Shown here: piece by piece, positions 8,520 through 18,344 of the stretch | How the letters are laid out: every line of letters starts with the position of its first letter | How positions within the stretch are numbered: position 1 is the stretch's first letter | From: Promethearchaeota archaeon | Lineage (GTDB): Archaea > Asgardarchaeota > Lokiarchaeia > Sigyniarchaeales > SOKP01 | Direction: 5' to 3' | NCBI GenBank assembly: GCA_016839745.1 | Contig: JAEOTS010000078.1 | Span: 1 to 27,050, forward strand | Length of the DNA: 27,050 nt | Program-made: the position numbers and the translations under genes | Notes under the pieces: model-generated | The model's input: the letters and a program-made list of their open reading frames with translations, nothing else | Databases searched by the model: none | Told to the model about the DNA's origin: nothing

Positions 8520-8912
8520 TTAATCAATAATCACTTCATGAATAGAACTAATTACATCTCTAATTTTAACTATCGCTTGATAAAGATCCTTAATAATACC
8601 AAACTCCCCTACTGCTAAAACTATTTCAATCTTTTTATCAGCAATTCTCCAATCAGTTACGGCTTTAATTATCGAGTGAAATTTATGGTAAAGCTCAGAA
8701 ATCTCATCTGTAATTGGTTCTTTAAACGGATATACAAGATTTATAGTCATAATTCGATATCCTTCTAGTTTCTCGTATTTTTCATGGCTTTCAATAAATT
8801 TCAATATTGAATCTCTCAATGCTTCGCTTTTAGAACTAAATCCGCTCTGGTTTCGAACTTTTTCAAACCTATCTAATAAATCATCACTGACTTGTAATGA
8901 TATAATTTTCAT
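8520..8912 (-). CDS. CopG/NikR-like ribbon-helix-helix regulator with ACT-like C-terminal domain
   Basis: MKIISLQVSDDLLDRFE...GFSSKSEALRDSI RHH pattern plus a NikR-like C-domain; ATG 8912 preferred over TTG 8960. Confidence 0.82.
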   Translation of the reverse strand: MKIISLQVSDDLLDRFEKVRNQSGFSSKSEALRDSILKFIESHEKYEKLEGYRIMTINLVYPFKEPITDEISELYHKFHSIIKAVTDWRIADKKIEIVLAVGEFGIIKDLYQAIVKIRDVISSIHEVIID

Positions 8913-8982
8913 TATATCATAATTTAAAACTCTTTTAATTAAAAAGTTAGATTTTTTCAAAAACTATATCCATTTGTTAAAA

Positions 8983-9813
8983 TTATAAAAAATTATTAAT
9001 GTAATCAATACTCTTGTTTAAATCCTTATTAGATGAGAGCTCGATAATTAATGCTCCTCTATATTGATAATTTCTAATCGTTTTTAAAATTCCTTTAAAG
9101 TCAACTTTACCCGATCCTAGTGGTGGGTGAGTGTCAGAATCAGTGGTAAAGTTTTCAACGAGATGCACATTTTTTATAATTTTGTGATATCGTTCCCATA
9201 ATATTTTTACATCTCCATTATTTGTGTAGAAGTGACTAGTATCATATGTGAGAAACAAATCTGTTCTGCCAATTGAATTTAAGGTCTCTGTAATATTATC
9301 TTGATCTAACATGATATGCGTATTTTTAGGCATATTCTCCAAACAAATAGTTAAATTAAGATTTCTTGTATAATCTAGTATTTTTTTTATTGCTCTAGAT
9401 AATTGTATTGTATTGTAAACTCGTATGGACTCTAATATAAAATTAGCCAAGCCAGGATGTATCGTCATTAAATTAGTATTAATTCTTTTACATAAACCTG
9501 ATGTTTCAATATACGCTTCAACAGAAGCTTGAGAAATTAGATTATTGTGAGAACATAGGTTAACATCAATAAAAGGACCATGAATTTGCTTTTTTAATGA
9601 ATAGGAATTAACTAAATCAATAAAATCTTGTTTGTTTGCTTCTGTATACAAATCTTGAGGATCAACTACTAGTTCTACAAGATCAATTTCATTTTCTTCA
9701 GCAAATTTAAGGCATTCATCTGTAGCACGGTATATCATGTTAGGAATATCTTTTTGCTTGCTGTTCAGTCCATAATCAATAATACTACCTAAAGAACTTA
9801 TTCCTAACTCCAT
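8983..9813 (-). CDS. Sugar phosphate isomerase/epimerase (xylose isomerase-like TIM barrel)
   Basis: IHGPF.D.NL.S, IHPG, CLENM, DTSH, HPPLGSG and IIE motifs; ATG 9813 (GTG 9825 alternative). Confidence 0.87.
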   Translation of the reverse strand: MELGISSLGSIIDYGLNSKQKDIPNMIYRATDECLKFAEENEIDLVELVVDPQDLYTEANKQDFIDLVNSYSLKKQIHGPFIDVNLCSHNNLISQASVEAYIETSGLCKRINTNLMTIHPGLANFILESIRVYNTIQLSRAIKKILDYTRNLNLTICLENMPKNTHIMLDQDNITETLNSIGRTDLFLTYDTSHFYTNNGDVKILWERYHKIIKNVHLVENFTTDSDTHPPLGSGKVDFKGILKTIRNYQYRGALIIELSSNKDLNKSIDYINNFL

Positions 9814-9831
9814 ATATTCCCACACATCACT

Positions 9832-10506
9832 TTAAGTTGATCTTAACCTTTTAGGAAAACAAGCAAATAACCTAGTGAACATCTTCTCGTGTTCTTCAAG
9901 GTTTTTTTCAGGGATAGGTAAAGGTTCTCCAATTTGCAAAGCACCCCAATACACCATTGCCAGCTTTTCCAATACAACAGAAAATCGAACTGCGTGATCT
10001 AAAGATTTTCCACATATGATAGCCCCATGGTTTGCTAGTATCGCTGCGTTATTTCTTCCTAACGCTTTCAAAGCACTAGCTCCCATTTCTTCAGTGTGGG
10101 CTTCAGTAATTTCTGTACATCGAATTTCTCCACCAAGAAAAATCAACTGTTGTTCCATTATTATTGGAATATTTTTTCTTAGAATTGAAAGCATAGAAAT
10201 ATAAGGAGAATGATTATGGATAACACATTTAACTTTAGGTCTATCTTTATAAACCGCGAGGTGCATTTTAACTTCTGTAGATGGGATTTTACCCGTACCT
10301 AGTACATTTCCATCTAAATCCATGTGTACAATTAACTCAGGGCTTAATAAATCATACTTGGTTGAAGTGGGAGTTACAAGTATTTCATTTTTATTTATCC
10401 TAACACTAACATTGCCTTCTCCATCCTCAACTAACCCTTTACTATGGATCTCTTGAGCTCCTCTTACAACTGTTTTTCGTAGTTGTTCTATCTTATCCGT
10501 TTCCAT
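9832..10506 (-). CDS. Class II aldolase/adducin family protein (FucA/AraD-like)
   Basis: GNVSVR, TPTS, STE..MH, HNHSPY and NHG zinc-ligand motifs. Confidence 0.92.
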   Translation of the reverse strand: METDKIEQLRKTVVRGAQEIHSKGLVEDGEGNVSVRINKNEILVTPTSTKYDLLSPELIVHMDLDGNVLGTGKIPSTEVKMHLAVYKDRPKVKCVIHNHSPYISMLSILRKNIPIIMEQQLIFLGGEIRCTEITEAHTEEMGASALKALGRNNAAILANHGAIICGKSLDHAVRFSVVLEKLAMVYWGALQIGEPLPIPEKNLEEHEKMFTRLFACFPKRLRST

Positions 10507-10685
10507 ATAAACTTAAATTAAAGATTGATTAAAAATGTATTTTCATAGAATTAGATCTTCATTAAAGGTGAATTTTGTTATTATGCATATTTAAATTAAA
10601 AATTCAACATAGTCCAACTTTTTTTATTATATTTGGTAATACTAACAATGTCTAAAATAATGCAAGTTATTAGAAATGATTAAAA

Positions 10686-11774
10686 ATGAGCCGTTTTATC
10701 TTACATTGCGACTTAGATTGCTTTTTTGCGGCCGTTGAGGAACGAGATAACCCAGAATATATAGGAAAACCTATAATAATAGGAGCAGATCCAAAAGATG
10801 GAAAGGGAAGAGGCGTAGTCAGTACTTGTAACTATGAAGCTCGGAAATTCGGACTCCATTCAGCGATGCCTATATCCCAAGCTTATAAAAGATGTCCTCA
10901 TGGTACCTACCTTCATCCCAATTTTGAGAAATATCATAGAGCCTCAAAAGAAGTAATGGAGATTGTAAATTCCTATTCAGACAAGTTTCAACAAGTAAGC
11001 ATTGATGAAGCATATCTAGATGTATCAGATAAGTGTATAAATTTTAAGGAGGTTAGAGATTTAGCTGAAAAACTAAAAGATGAAGTACAAAAAAATATAG
11101 GTATAACCATCTCGGTAGGGTGCGCTCCAACAAAATCCATTGCTAAAATTGCTTCAGATTACAACAAACCGAATGGAATTACAATCGTTGAGGAAAATCA
11201 TATAAAAGATTTTTTAAAAAATTTAGATATTACCCGTATTCCAGGAATCGGAAAAAAGTCTAAACTCTATTATAACAAAAAGGGTATTAAAACGATTGGC
11301 GATATCATTGATCTTACACTTCCTAAAATGATACAGTTGTTTGGAAAAAACGGAGAATGGGTATGGAATGTTGCAAACGGATTTGATACTAGAGAAGTAA
11401 AAAACTTTCACGCTGATCGAAAATCCATAAGTAAGGAAAGAACTTTTTATGAAGACACAAATGATCTTAATCTAATTTTATCTAAGCTTGAAGAAATTAA
11501 TAAAAGAATTCATAAGAATGTAATTAAAAATAAGATATATTATAAAACAGTAACTCTTAAAATAAGACTTGAAGGATTTATAACATTCACTCGTTCAAAA
11601 TCCTTTATTCATCATGTTCAAGATGAGAATCAAGTATTAAAAGTAATCATTGAGTTATTGAATCAATTTTCAACTGTAAACAAGAAAGTGAGGCTTGTTG
11701 GAATAAGATTATCAAAATTAGAAAAAGCTCCAAGTGTAGCACAAACCACATTGTTAAGTTATTTAGAAGCTTAG
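10686..11774 (+). CDS. dinB: Y-family DNA polymerase IV (DinB/Dpo4)
   Basis: HCDLDCFFAAVE, YEARKFG, SIDEAYLD, KIASDYNKPNG, IPGIG and VRLVGIR motifs; C-terminal PIP-like QTTLLSYL. Confidence 0.96.
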   Translation: MSRFILHCDLDCFFAAVEERDNPEYIGKPIIIGADPKDGKGRGVVSTCNYEARKFGLHSAMPISQAYKRCPHGTYLHPNFEKYHRASKEVMEIVNSYSDKFQQVSIDEAYLDVSDKCINFKEVRDLAEKLKDEVQKNIGITISVGCAPTKSIAKIASDYNKPNGITIVEENHIKDFLKNLDITRIPGIGKKSKLYYNKKGIKTIGDIIDLTLPKMIQLFGKNGEWVWNVANGFDTREVKNFHADRKSISKERTFYEDTNDLNLILSKLEEINKRIHKNVIKNKIYYKTVTLKIRLEGFITFTRSKSFIHHVQDENQVLKVIIELLNQFSTVNKKVRLVGIRLSKLEKAPSVAQTTLLSYLEA

Positions 11775-11801
11775 TTCAGATGGTTTAATTAAAATTTATT
11801 T

Positions 11802-13484
11802 CTAAATTTTCTTTGAATCCTTAAAAAGGTCAAAGATATCCATTTCATAATCTATTGTATCTTCAGGTAAAAGATTTGGTTCCTTTATTAATTTGGCTAG
11901 ATAATATATTTTAGATCCTCTTTCTAAGTATTTTAGAACGGTATAAGCCCCTTCTAAATGACTACCACAACACAAACTACCATGATTTGCGAGAATTACA
12001 GCGTTTCTCTCTTCTAGACTATTTTTTACATTAATTGCTAATTCTTCACTACCAGCTTCCCCGTACTCAGAGCAGACTACCTCTCCTCCTAAATAAGGTA
12101 CAAGTTCCTCCATAACGGGAGGTAGCGATAAATTTAGCGCACTAAGTATTGTTGAGTATATACCATGAGAGTGTATGATTACATTCACATCGTCGCGTTC
12201 TTTATAAATGCCAAGATGTAGATGTTTTTCTACTGAGGGATTTCTTTCTCCTTCGATTACTTTACCCTCAAGATCAATAATTAAAATATCGTTCGGTTCC
12301 ATCTCTTCGTAATTTACGTTACTGGGAGTGATTAATACTATTTCTTCGTCCCCCTTTTTCACCCTCATGCTCACATTTCCCGCTGATCCAATAACATGAC
12401 CGTCATTTAGTAATCTTTTACAAATTTTTACAATTTCTTCTTTATATTTTTTGATTGGTTGATCTAATGACTCCTTTTTTTTCTTAAATCCTTCAAAAAC
12501 TTCAGGGTTTAAAACGTGAGATGGAATTCCTTTATCTAACCAAGTGACGATATCATCCAGAAGCATTTTTGATTGTCTGTGAATTACTTCAGTTGTATTT
12601 CCCCCAATATGGGGTAGTACTATAACATTATCTAATTCTAAAAACTCATTATCTTCGTCAAGAGGTTCCATAGGAAAAACATCTAAAGCCGCTCCAGCAA
12701 TTGTTCTATTTTTTAAAGCTTCGTATAGATAATCATAGTCTATCAGGCTTCCTTTTGCCATGTTTATTAAAAAAGCTGTGTTTTTCATCATTTTAATCCG
12801 TTCCTCGTTAATTAAATTATCATTATCATCAGTTGCAGCTGCATGAATAGTAACGAAATCGGAATTTTTCATTAAAGTGTCCACGTCAGTTTTTTCACCA
12901 AATTTTTCAACGATTTCATCTGCTACATATGGATCATAAACAAGAAGATTAACACCAAATGACTTTAATCGTTCGGCAACACGTTGTCCTATTTGACCAA
13001 AACCAACAATCCCTACTGTTTTATGCAATAGTTCACTACCCATAAACCTATTATAACATTTAATCCAATCTTCAAAATCAATAACTTCAAAATCATCTGA
13101 ATGCAAGAACTTATCTAATTGAGTCAAATTTCTTGCCAAAGAAATGATCAACCCTACAGTTAATTCAGCAACTGCAACTACATTCCTTAGAGGAGTATAA
13201 ATAACAGGAATTTTATTTTTAGTAGCTGCCTCTAAATTGATATTGAATGGATCCCCCCGACACGAGCCAATCAACTTAATATTTGTTTTTTCAAATAATT
13301 CAGCTTTTTTTAAATCATCTGCGACCGTTATAAAAATATCGCAATCTTTTAATTTTTCAATCATCTCCTTGACATCAAAATAAATATTTCCAGTTTCTCT
13401 CCAACTCTCATAAGTGACATCCACTTTCTTCTTCAATTCCCTTAAAACTTCGTCAGATATGCTTGCTGTTATAAAAGCTCTCAT
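11802..13484 (-). CDS. Fusion protein: D-isomer 2-hydroxyacid dehydrogenase (N-terminal ~330 aa) + class II aldolase (C-terminal ~215 aa)
   Basis: N-terminal GIVGFGQIG, LDVFPMEP and PHIGG; C-terminal GNVSMR, TPS, SVE..LH, HSH and NHG; one uninterrupted ORF. Confidence 0.9.
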   Translation of the reverse strand: MRAFITASISDEVLRELKKKVDVTYESWRETGNIYFDVKEMIEKLKDCDIFITVADDLKKAELFEKTNIKLIGSCRGDPFNINLEAATKNKIPVIYTPLRNVVAVAELTVGLIISLARNLTQLDKFLHSDDFEVIDFEDWIKCYNRFMGSELLHKTVGIVGFGQIGQRVAERLKSFGVNLLVYDPYVADEIVEKFGEKTDVDTLMKNSDFVTIHAAATDDNDNLINEERIKMMKNTAFLINMAKGSLIDYDYLYEALKNRTIAGAALDVFPMEPLDEDNEFLELDNVIVLPHIGGNTTEVIHRQSKMLLDDIVTWLDKGIPSHVLNPEVFEGFKKKKESLDQPIKKYKEEIVKICKRLLNDGHVIGSAGNVSMRVKKGDEEIVLITPSNVNYEEMEPNDILIIDLEGKVIEGERNPSVEKHLHLGIYKERDDVNVIIHSHGIYSTILSALNLSLPPVMEELVPYLGGEVVCSEYGEAGSEELAINVKNSLEERNAVILANHGSLCCGSHLEGAYTVLKYLERGSKIYYLAKLIKEPNLLPEDTIDYEMDIFDLFKDSKKI

Positions 13485-13587
13485 CACTTCTCAACTCATT
13501 TAAAAAATAATTAGTTAGTTTAGTTATTAGGTTAATTAATACCAAATAATAAAATTTAGAATCTATAAAAAGTATAATTATATTTTT

Positions 13588-13938
13588 TTAAAACATTAGG
13601 CTTCTTAGTTTCATTAAATTCCGAATTTGACCTTCAATAACCTTAATTTTTCCCGAAGAATATGCTTTTACTGCTCCAATCTCCTTATTAAATAGCTCTA
13701 ACATTATCTTTTCTGACGAAAATTCGATTTTTACTGGAGCGTTCCCATCGCTTGTATTGTCTTTTACTTCAATTCCTTGATCTTTATTTACTAGAAGCAT
13801 TACATTACGGTTAGTATCTAAGAATGTTATCTGTATGGGTTCTTCGTAGTTAGCTAATTTTCTTCTAATTTTCTCTGTGTTATTATAACGATTTTCGATT
13901 TCCTTTAAACACGATTCTATACTATCAAATTCTGACAA
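13588..13938 (-). CDS. SCP2 sterol-carrier-like domain protein
   Basis: 116 aa; C-terminal ELFNKEIGAVKAYSSGKIKVIEG..NLMKL resembles the SCP2 consensus; TTG start preceded by GGGGTGTGA. Confidence 0.7.
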   Translation of the reverse strand: MSEFDSIESCLKEIENRYNNTEKIRRKLANYEEPIQITFLDTNRNVMLLVNKDQGIEVKDNTSDGNAPVKIEFSSEKIMLELFNKEIGAVKAYSSGKIKVIEGQIRNLMKLRSLMF

Positions 13939-14028
13939 TTTATCACACCCTTTAAATACTAATACAGTTTTTGAATGTAATAATTAACTTTCCTTTATAA
14001 AAATTTAATAAATTAAGTAAGAAAGAAA

Positions 14029-15543
14029 TTACAACTTGTCAGTTTTAATTTTAAGGTTTTTCCATTCAAGGTAAATAGATTTATATTTCTCTGAAATGCT
14101 AGAATTACTCTTTATCTTCTCATAAGTAATGAGATCTTTAATCATAGCTTTATAATCTGAATAAACATCTAAACCTTTCAGGGCATTCATTGCTACTCCT
14201 ATGAAAGCTGAATCTTTTACAAAAGGAATTGAAATTTCCGAATCTAACACATTTGCTAACAATTTACTAAATTCTTCTGATTTAGCCATACCCCCTGCGC
14301 AAAAAGTTCTTGTACCTGAATCAGTATAGTTATTTAAAGCACGATAATTTTCATATATTCCAAATGCTATATTTTCAAGAACGCTTCTAGCAAAATCTTC
14401 AATCTTGGGGAGTTCTTCAGATATCATCATAGGAGGTTGAAAAGCAAATACACCTCTTTTTATTGAAGTTTGATTTTTAATATTCATATTTTCAGGACCT
14501 AAGTACGCATAAGTTGATAAAGCACCTGGTGGAGACTTCTTTAAATATGTATCCATCAAGAAATCTGGATTATCCTCTGAATTGGATAAAAAACACTGTT
14601 TAAACCAATTATAAGAAGCACCTGTGTTGCCTGCATGTCCTTCTAATAACCACTTTCCCTTAATATAATGACAAGATGTCCAATAATTGCTCGAGGGATC
14701 AATAATCGGTTTATCCACTACGAGATGGAGAGGGGCTGTTGTACCTAAACTGATACCAATATCTCCTTTTTCAATAACTCCCATACCTAACAGAGTTGCT
14801 TGAGTATCTCCTCCTGCTTTTACTATAGGAATATTACTTTGACTAAAGTTGAATTTTTTAGCTAATTCCGACTTTAATTCACCAACTAGAGTTCCTGATT
14901 CCACAATATCTGGGAAAAAATCTGGATTGAAATCAAAGGTTTGTATTATTTCTGAACTCCATTCTCTTTTTTTTATATCAAACAACTGAGAACCAGCAGC
15001 AGATGAGAAATCACTAACGTAGATTCCAGTAAGTCGGTATACTAGCCAATCATCCAACATTAGTACTTTACTTATTTTTGCATAAGTTCCTTCCTCTTCT
15101 TCTCTAAACCATAATAACCTAGCTAAGCAAAATAATAGAGAAGGACTATGACCGGTTATTTCAAATAGTTCTTTTTCTGAAAATTCATCCTCTATTAGAT
15201 AAGCGGAATCTATTCCACGAATATCTATATTAGGCCCTCCATAAATAACATTTCCCTTTCCGTCTAGAAATACAGAAGCTATCCTTTGAGCACAAGTCGA
15301 TATTCCTATAATATTGGTATTTTGATTCTTAATTTTATTAAGAACTTGCTTTACTCCAAAAATTAATTTATTCCAAATGTCATCCATGTCAAAACTTTTT
15401 ATAAAACCATCTATATCCTCATTAATAATGTTAATATTTTGGCTATTGAAATGAACTAATTTTAAATCTCCTGAAACTAAACCGACTTTTACGGAATTAG
15501 ATGAAATATCAATTACAAGAATCATATTTTCATTATTTTCCAT
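14029..15543 (-). CDS. FGGY-family carbohydrate kinase (LsrK/YoaC-like)
   Basis: VIDIS..SVK, D.R, LDDWL.YRLTG, GGDTQ, LGTT and AGGMAKS motifs; AGGTGA 5 nt before ATG 15543. Confidence 0.92.
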   Translation of the reverse strand: MENNENMILVIDISSNSVKVGLVSGDLKLVHFNSQNINIINEDIDGFIKSFDMDDIWNKLIFGVKQVLNKIKNQNTNIIGISTCAQRIASVFLDGKGNVIYGGPNIDIRGIDSAYLIEDEFSEKELFEITGHSPSLLFCLARLLWFREEEEGTYAKISKVLMLDDWLVYRLTGIYVSDFSSAAGSQLFDIKKREWSSEIIQTFDFNPDFFPDIVESGTLVGELKSELAKKFNFSQSNIPIVKAGGDTQATLLGMGVIEKGDIGISLGTTAPLHLVVDKPIIDPSSNYWTSCHYIKGKWLLEGHAGNTGASYNWFKQCFLSNSEDNPDFLMDTYLKKSPPGALSTYAYLGPENMNIKNQTSIKRGVFAFQPPMMISEELPKIEDFARSVLENIAFGIYENYRALNNYTDSGTRTFCAGGMAKSEEFSKLLANVLDSEISIPFVKDSAFIGVAMNALKGLDVYSDYKAMIKDLITYEKIKSNSSISEKYKSIYLEWKNLKIKTDKL

Positions 15544-15569
15544 AATTTTCACCTAATAAATTTGTAAAA

Positions 15570-16211
15570 TTAGGATGATGTTAGGTATTTACGAATAACT
15601 TTTCCGCGGGGAATTTCTTCTTCAAATAGTATTGCTTGAAAAGAATATATTTTGGTACTTTTTATATCTCTCCAAGCTTCAGCAGAAAGCCATGCTTTAG
15701 TACAAGTATGTTGTAAGAAAGTATCTACATCCCAATTTCTATCATGGTCAACGGGGACTTGTGGAAGTAATAATCCTCTTCGCATACCTTTCTCTACTAT
15801 AAGCCCATCTCTTCCTATTACGATTTTTTCAAAATATTCTTTCGGATCGCTTACTTCTATTAATTTTGGGGGAGTTAAAATTGAAAGCTCAATAATGATA
15901 TTATCCATTTCTTCAAGTGTGACAGGTGGAAAGCGTGAATCTTCTGTAGCCGAACTTACTGATACCCTATGAACAGCATCATATAATGAGAAATTAGGTT
16001 CAATATATCCAATACAACCTCTTAAGGGATTGCCTTCAACATTTTGAACATTTAAAGTCACAAAAGCACCATATTTATCCGTAAATTTCTTCCTCAAATC
16101 ATCGGGAACTATAATTCTTTTACTATATCTAAGGAAATGCTCGATGTTTTCTCTCGCAAATTTAATTAAAACTTTTCCATCTTCTAATGAAAATATTTCT
16201 TTATCTGTCAT
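15570..16211 (-). CDS. AMMECR1 / TIGR00296 family protein
   Basis: GAFVTL, LRGCIG, D.RF.PV, ELSILTPP, GLLLPQV and KA motifs. Confidence 0.93.
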   Translation of the reverse strand: MTDKEIFSLEDGKVLIKFARENIEHFLRYSKRIIVPDDLRKKFTDKYGAFVTLNVQNVEGNPLRGCIGYIEPNFSLYDAVHRVSVSSATEDSRFPPVTLEEMDNIIIELSILTPPKLIEVSDPKEYFEKIVIGRDGLIVEKGMRRGLLLPQVPVDHDRNWDVDTFLQHTCTKAWLSAEAWRDIKSTKIYSFQAILFEEEIPRGKVIRKYLTSS

Positions 16212-16272
16212 ACTCTCACTCTTAGAATTTGCTTTCAGTATATAATAGTAGACGGTTAATTATAATAATAAC

Positions 16273-17667
16273 TTAATCAGAATGTTTTATAATATTTCCC
16301 TTAGGTTCAGCATCATTATTATTTATTTCGATTCCACTTAAAAATACTTTCCATATCTGAACAGTGGTTTTATAATCCTCATAAGGAGAAAATTTTGCTT
16401 TTGTTTTGAACGCTTCTGGTTTAATGGGGTATTCTGGAATCCTATCAACTATGATTAAATCTGCATCGTAGCCTGCTTTGATTAATCCTTTATTCTTAAT
16501 TTTAAAAATTGTTGCGGGATTTTCTGAAGTAACCTTGACAAAAGTTTCAAGAGAAAGTTCATTGCGGCAAACTTTATCTAATAATGTTAATGCGTAGGTT
16601 TCAAATCCGGGAAATCCCGAAGGTGCGTCTAAATAATCCTGAGCTTTTTCTTTAAGTGTGTGAGGCGCGTGATCCGTGCCTACAAGGTTTATGTTCCCTT
16701 CCTTAAGTTCCTTAAATAAAAATAAGGAGTGCTCTTCGTCTCTTAAAGGAGGTAAAACTTTCCCAAAATTAGGATTGCTTAGTTGTATGGTGTTTGCCAA
16801 TAATAGGTGGTGCGGTGTTGTTTCGAAGGTGATTTTTAAGTTTGGTTTCATATCTAAAGCTTTTCTTATTAAAGAATAGCTATCTTTACAACTAATATGG
16901 CAAAAATGTACGATTGGATAATTTTCCGTGCTTAAATCCAAATCTGCTATGATTTTATAATAATTATCGAGAATAAAGTGCACGTATTTAGCTTCTAGAG
17001 AGTTGGGGTACAGATTATTATGTAATTCTAATATTGGTAAATTAATCAGTGTACCATTGCTATAAACTTCCTTCTTTTCTTCAGGAGAAAGAGGCCAATC
17101 TGGGTGTACAAATATGGGAATTTGCAATTTAGACGAGATATTAAGAATTTTCTGAACATTCAAATAATTTGTCCAATCGATCTCATTTAAAGAGCCTAAC
17201 GGATAAATTTTAAAACCAATAGCGCCTAATTCAATAATCGAAATAATTTCTTTGAGATTAAATTCCTTAGGAACTCCCGCAATAAATCTCACGTTCACAT
17301 AAATGCTATTTTCTGCTTTTCTCATCCATTTTTTAAATTGAGTTGCGTTTATCGCAGGAGGAATCGTATTTGGCATATTAAAAATTGTCGTGATTCCAGA
17401 AAAAGCTGCTGCTAATGTTCCAGATGAAAATGTTTCTTTTTCACTCTGCCCCATATCTCTTAAATGAGAATGGATATCAATTATACCAGGTAAAATCTTT
17501 CTCTTTTCGCAATTTATTTCTATTCCATCTTTATTTTTGCTTCGAATTGATTTTACATCATCTTCAGAGTTATTATTTATGACAGATATAATCTTACCAT
17601 TAAGTATTAATAAAGCTCCATCCTGGAGCGAGCCATTATTATATATGAGCGCGTTTTTTAATATCAT
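16273..17667 (-). CDS. pyrC: Dihydroorotase (type I, amidohydrolase superfamily)
   Basis: PGIIDIHSHLRD, MPNTIP, FKIY, CHIS, ETTPHHL, PPLR, TDHAPH and SP(Y) motifs; ATGA overlap with the upstream gene. Confidence 0.88.
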   Translation of the reverse strand: MILKNALIYNNGSLQDGALLILNGKIISVINNNSEDDVKSIRSKNKDGIEINCEKRKILPGIIDIHSHLRDMGQSEKETFSSGTLAAAFSGITTIFNMPNTIPPAINATQFKKWMRKAENSIYVNVRFIAGVPKEFNLKEIISIIELGAIGFKIYPLGSLNEIDWTNYLNVQKILNISSKLQIPIFVHPDWPLSPEEKKEVYSNGTLINLPILELHNNLYPNSLEAKYVHFILDNYYKIIADLDLSTENYPIVHFCHISCKDSYSLIRKALDMKPNLKITFETTPHHLLLANTIQLSNPNFGKVLPPLRDEEHSLFLFKELKEGNINLVGTDHAPHTLKEKAQDYLDAPSGFPGFETYALTLLDKVCRNELSLETFVKVTSENPATIFKIKNKGLIKAGYDADLIIVDRIPEYPIKPEAFKTKAKFSPYEDYKTTVQIWKVFLSGIEINNNDAEPKGNIIKHSD

Positions 17668-18329
17668 AAATTTCTTTCTATATCTGAATTCTCTATTTGG
17701 TCAATTAGAAAATTGACATACAAAATTTTATTTTCAATCCCTTTAATATTTGAAAGATTACTATATATTAATTTGTATTTTTCATTGATCCTTCCCAATA
17801 AATCGACTATACTCTGTGAGTTTTGAGGAAAAGGAAAAATATAACAATACTCCCTCAGGTTATCTAAATCCTCTAAGTTGGTGATATTCGTAAGTGTATT
17901 TTCTTCTTCAAATTCGTTAATAATCAATATTTTATCATTATGTAAATCATTAATGTTTTCCAAAATCGATTCACTATTTAGCAATCTCTTAACAAAAATC
18001 CCTGGAGTAGATTTTTGTATTCTTTGCATATTTATTTTTTCAACTCCGCTTATTTTATCCAATGCTTTTTTTAAGAGTAGAGCTTGAGATCTTTCATCAG
18101 AGCCCAAATATCTTAAAGAATTACCTTCGAACTTTATTAAAATCTGAGTTGAATCAATATAGATGTATAAATTGTTGTTTTTTCTTATTGAATAAGAACA
18201 ACAGAAAGATTCTCGTATAATTGAGCATACAAGATATACATCTAAAGGGGTTTGTCCGTTATCTATAACCTTCTTGGAATAATCAGAAAGTTCATCAATA
18301 AATAATAAGAAATTTGCCAATCTAATCAA
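17664..18329 (-). CDS. Divergent TrmY-like SPOUT protein (tRNA pseudouridine-54 N1-methyltransferase family)
   Basis: SYSIR, KFEGNSLRYLGSDERS.A.LLKKAL and STPGI match the TrmY core; lies next to srp54; the C-terminal knot looks degenerate. Confidence 0.7.
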   Translation of the reverse strand: MIRLANFLLFIDELSDYSKKVIDNGQTPLDVYLVCSIIRESFCCSYSIRKNNNLYIYIDSTQILIKFEGNSLRYLGSDERSQALLLKKALDKISGVEKINMQRIQKSTPGIFVKRLLNSESILENINDLHNDKILIINEFEEENTLTNITNLEDLDNLREYCYIFPFPQNSQSIVDLLGRINEKYKLIYSNLSNIKGIENKILYVNFLIDQIENSDIERNL

Positions 18330-18344
18330 AACTATATAATCGTG

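Noticed and set aside
8928-8948. Imperfect palindrome AACTCTTTTAATTAAAAAGTT upstream of the NikR-like gene as an operator
   Set aside because: Almost all A/T in a very AT-rich spacer, so it is expected by chance.
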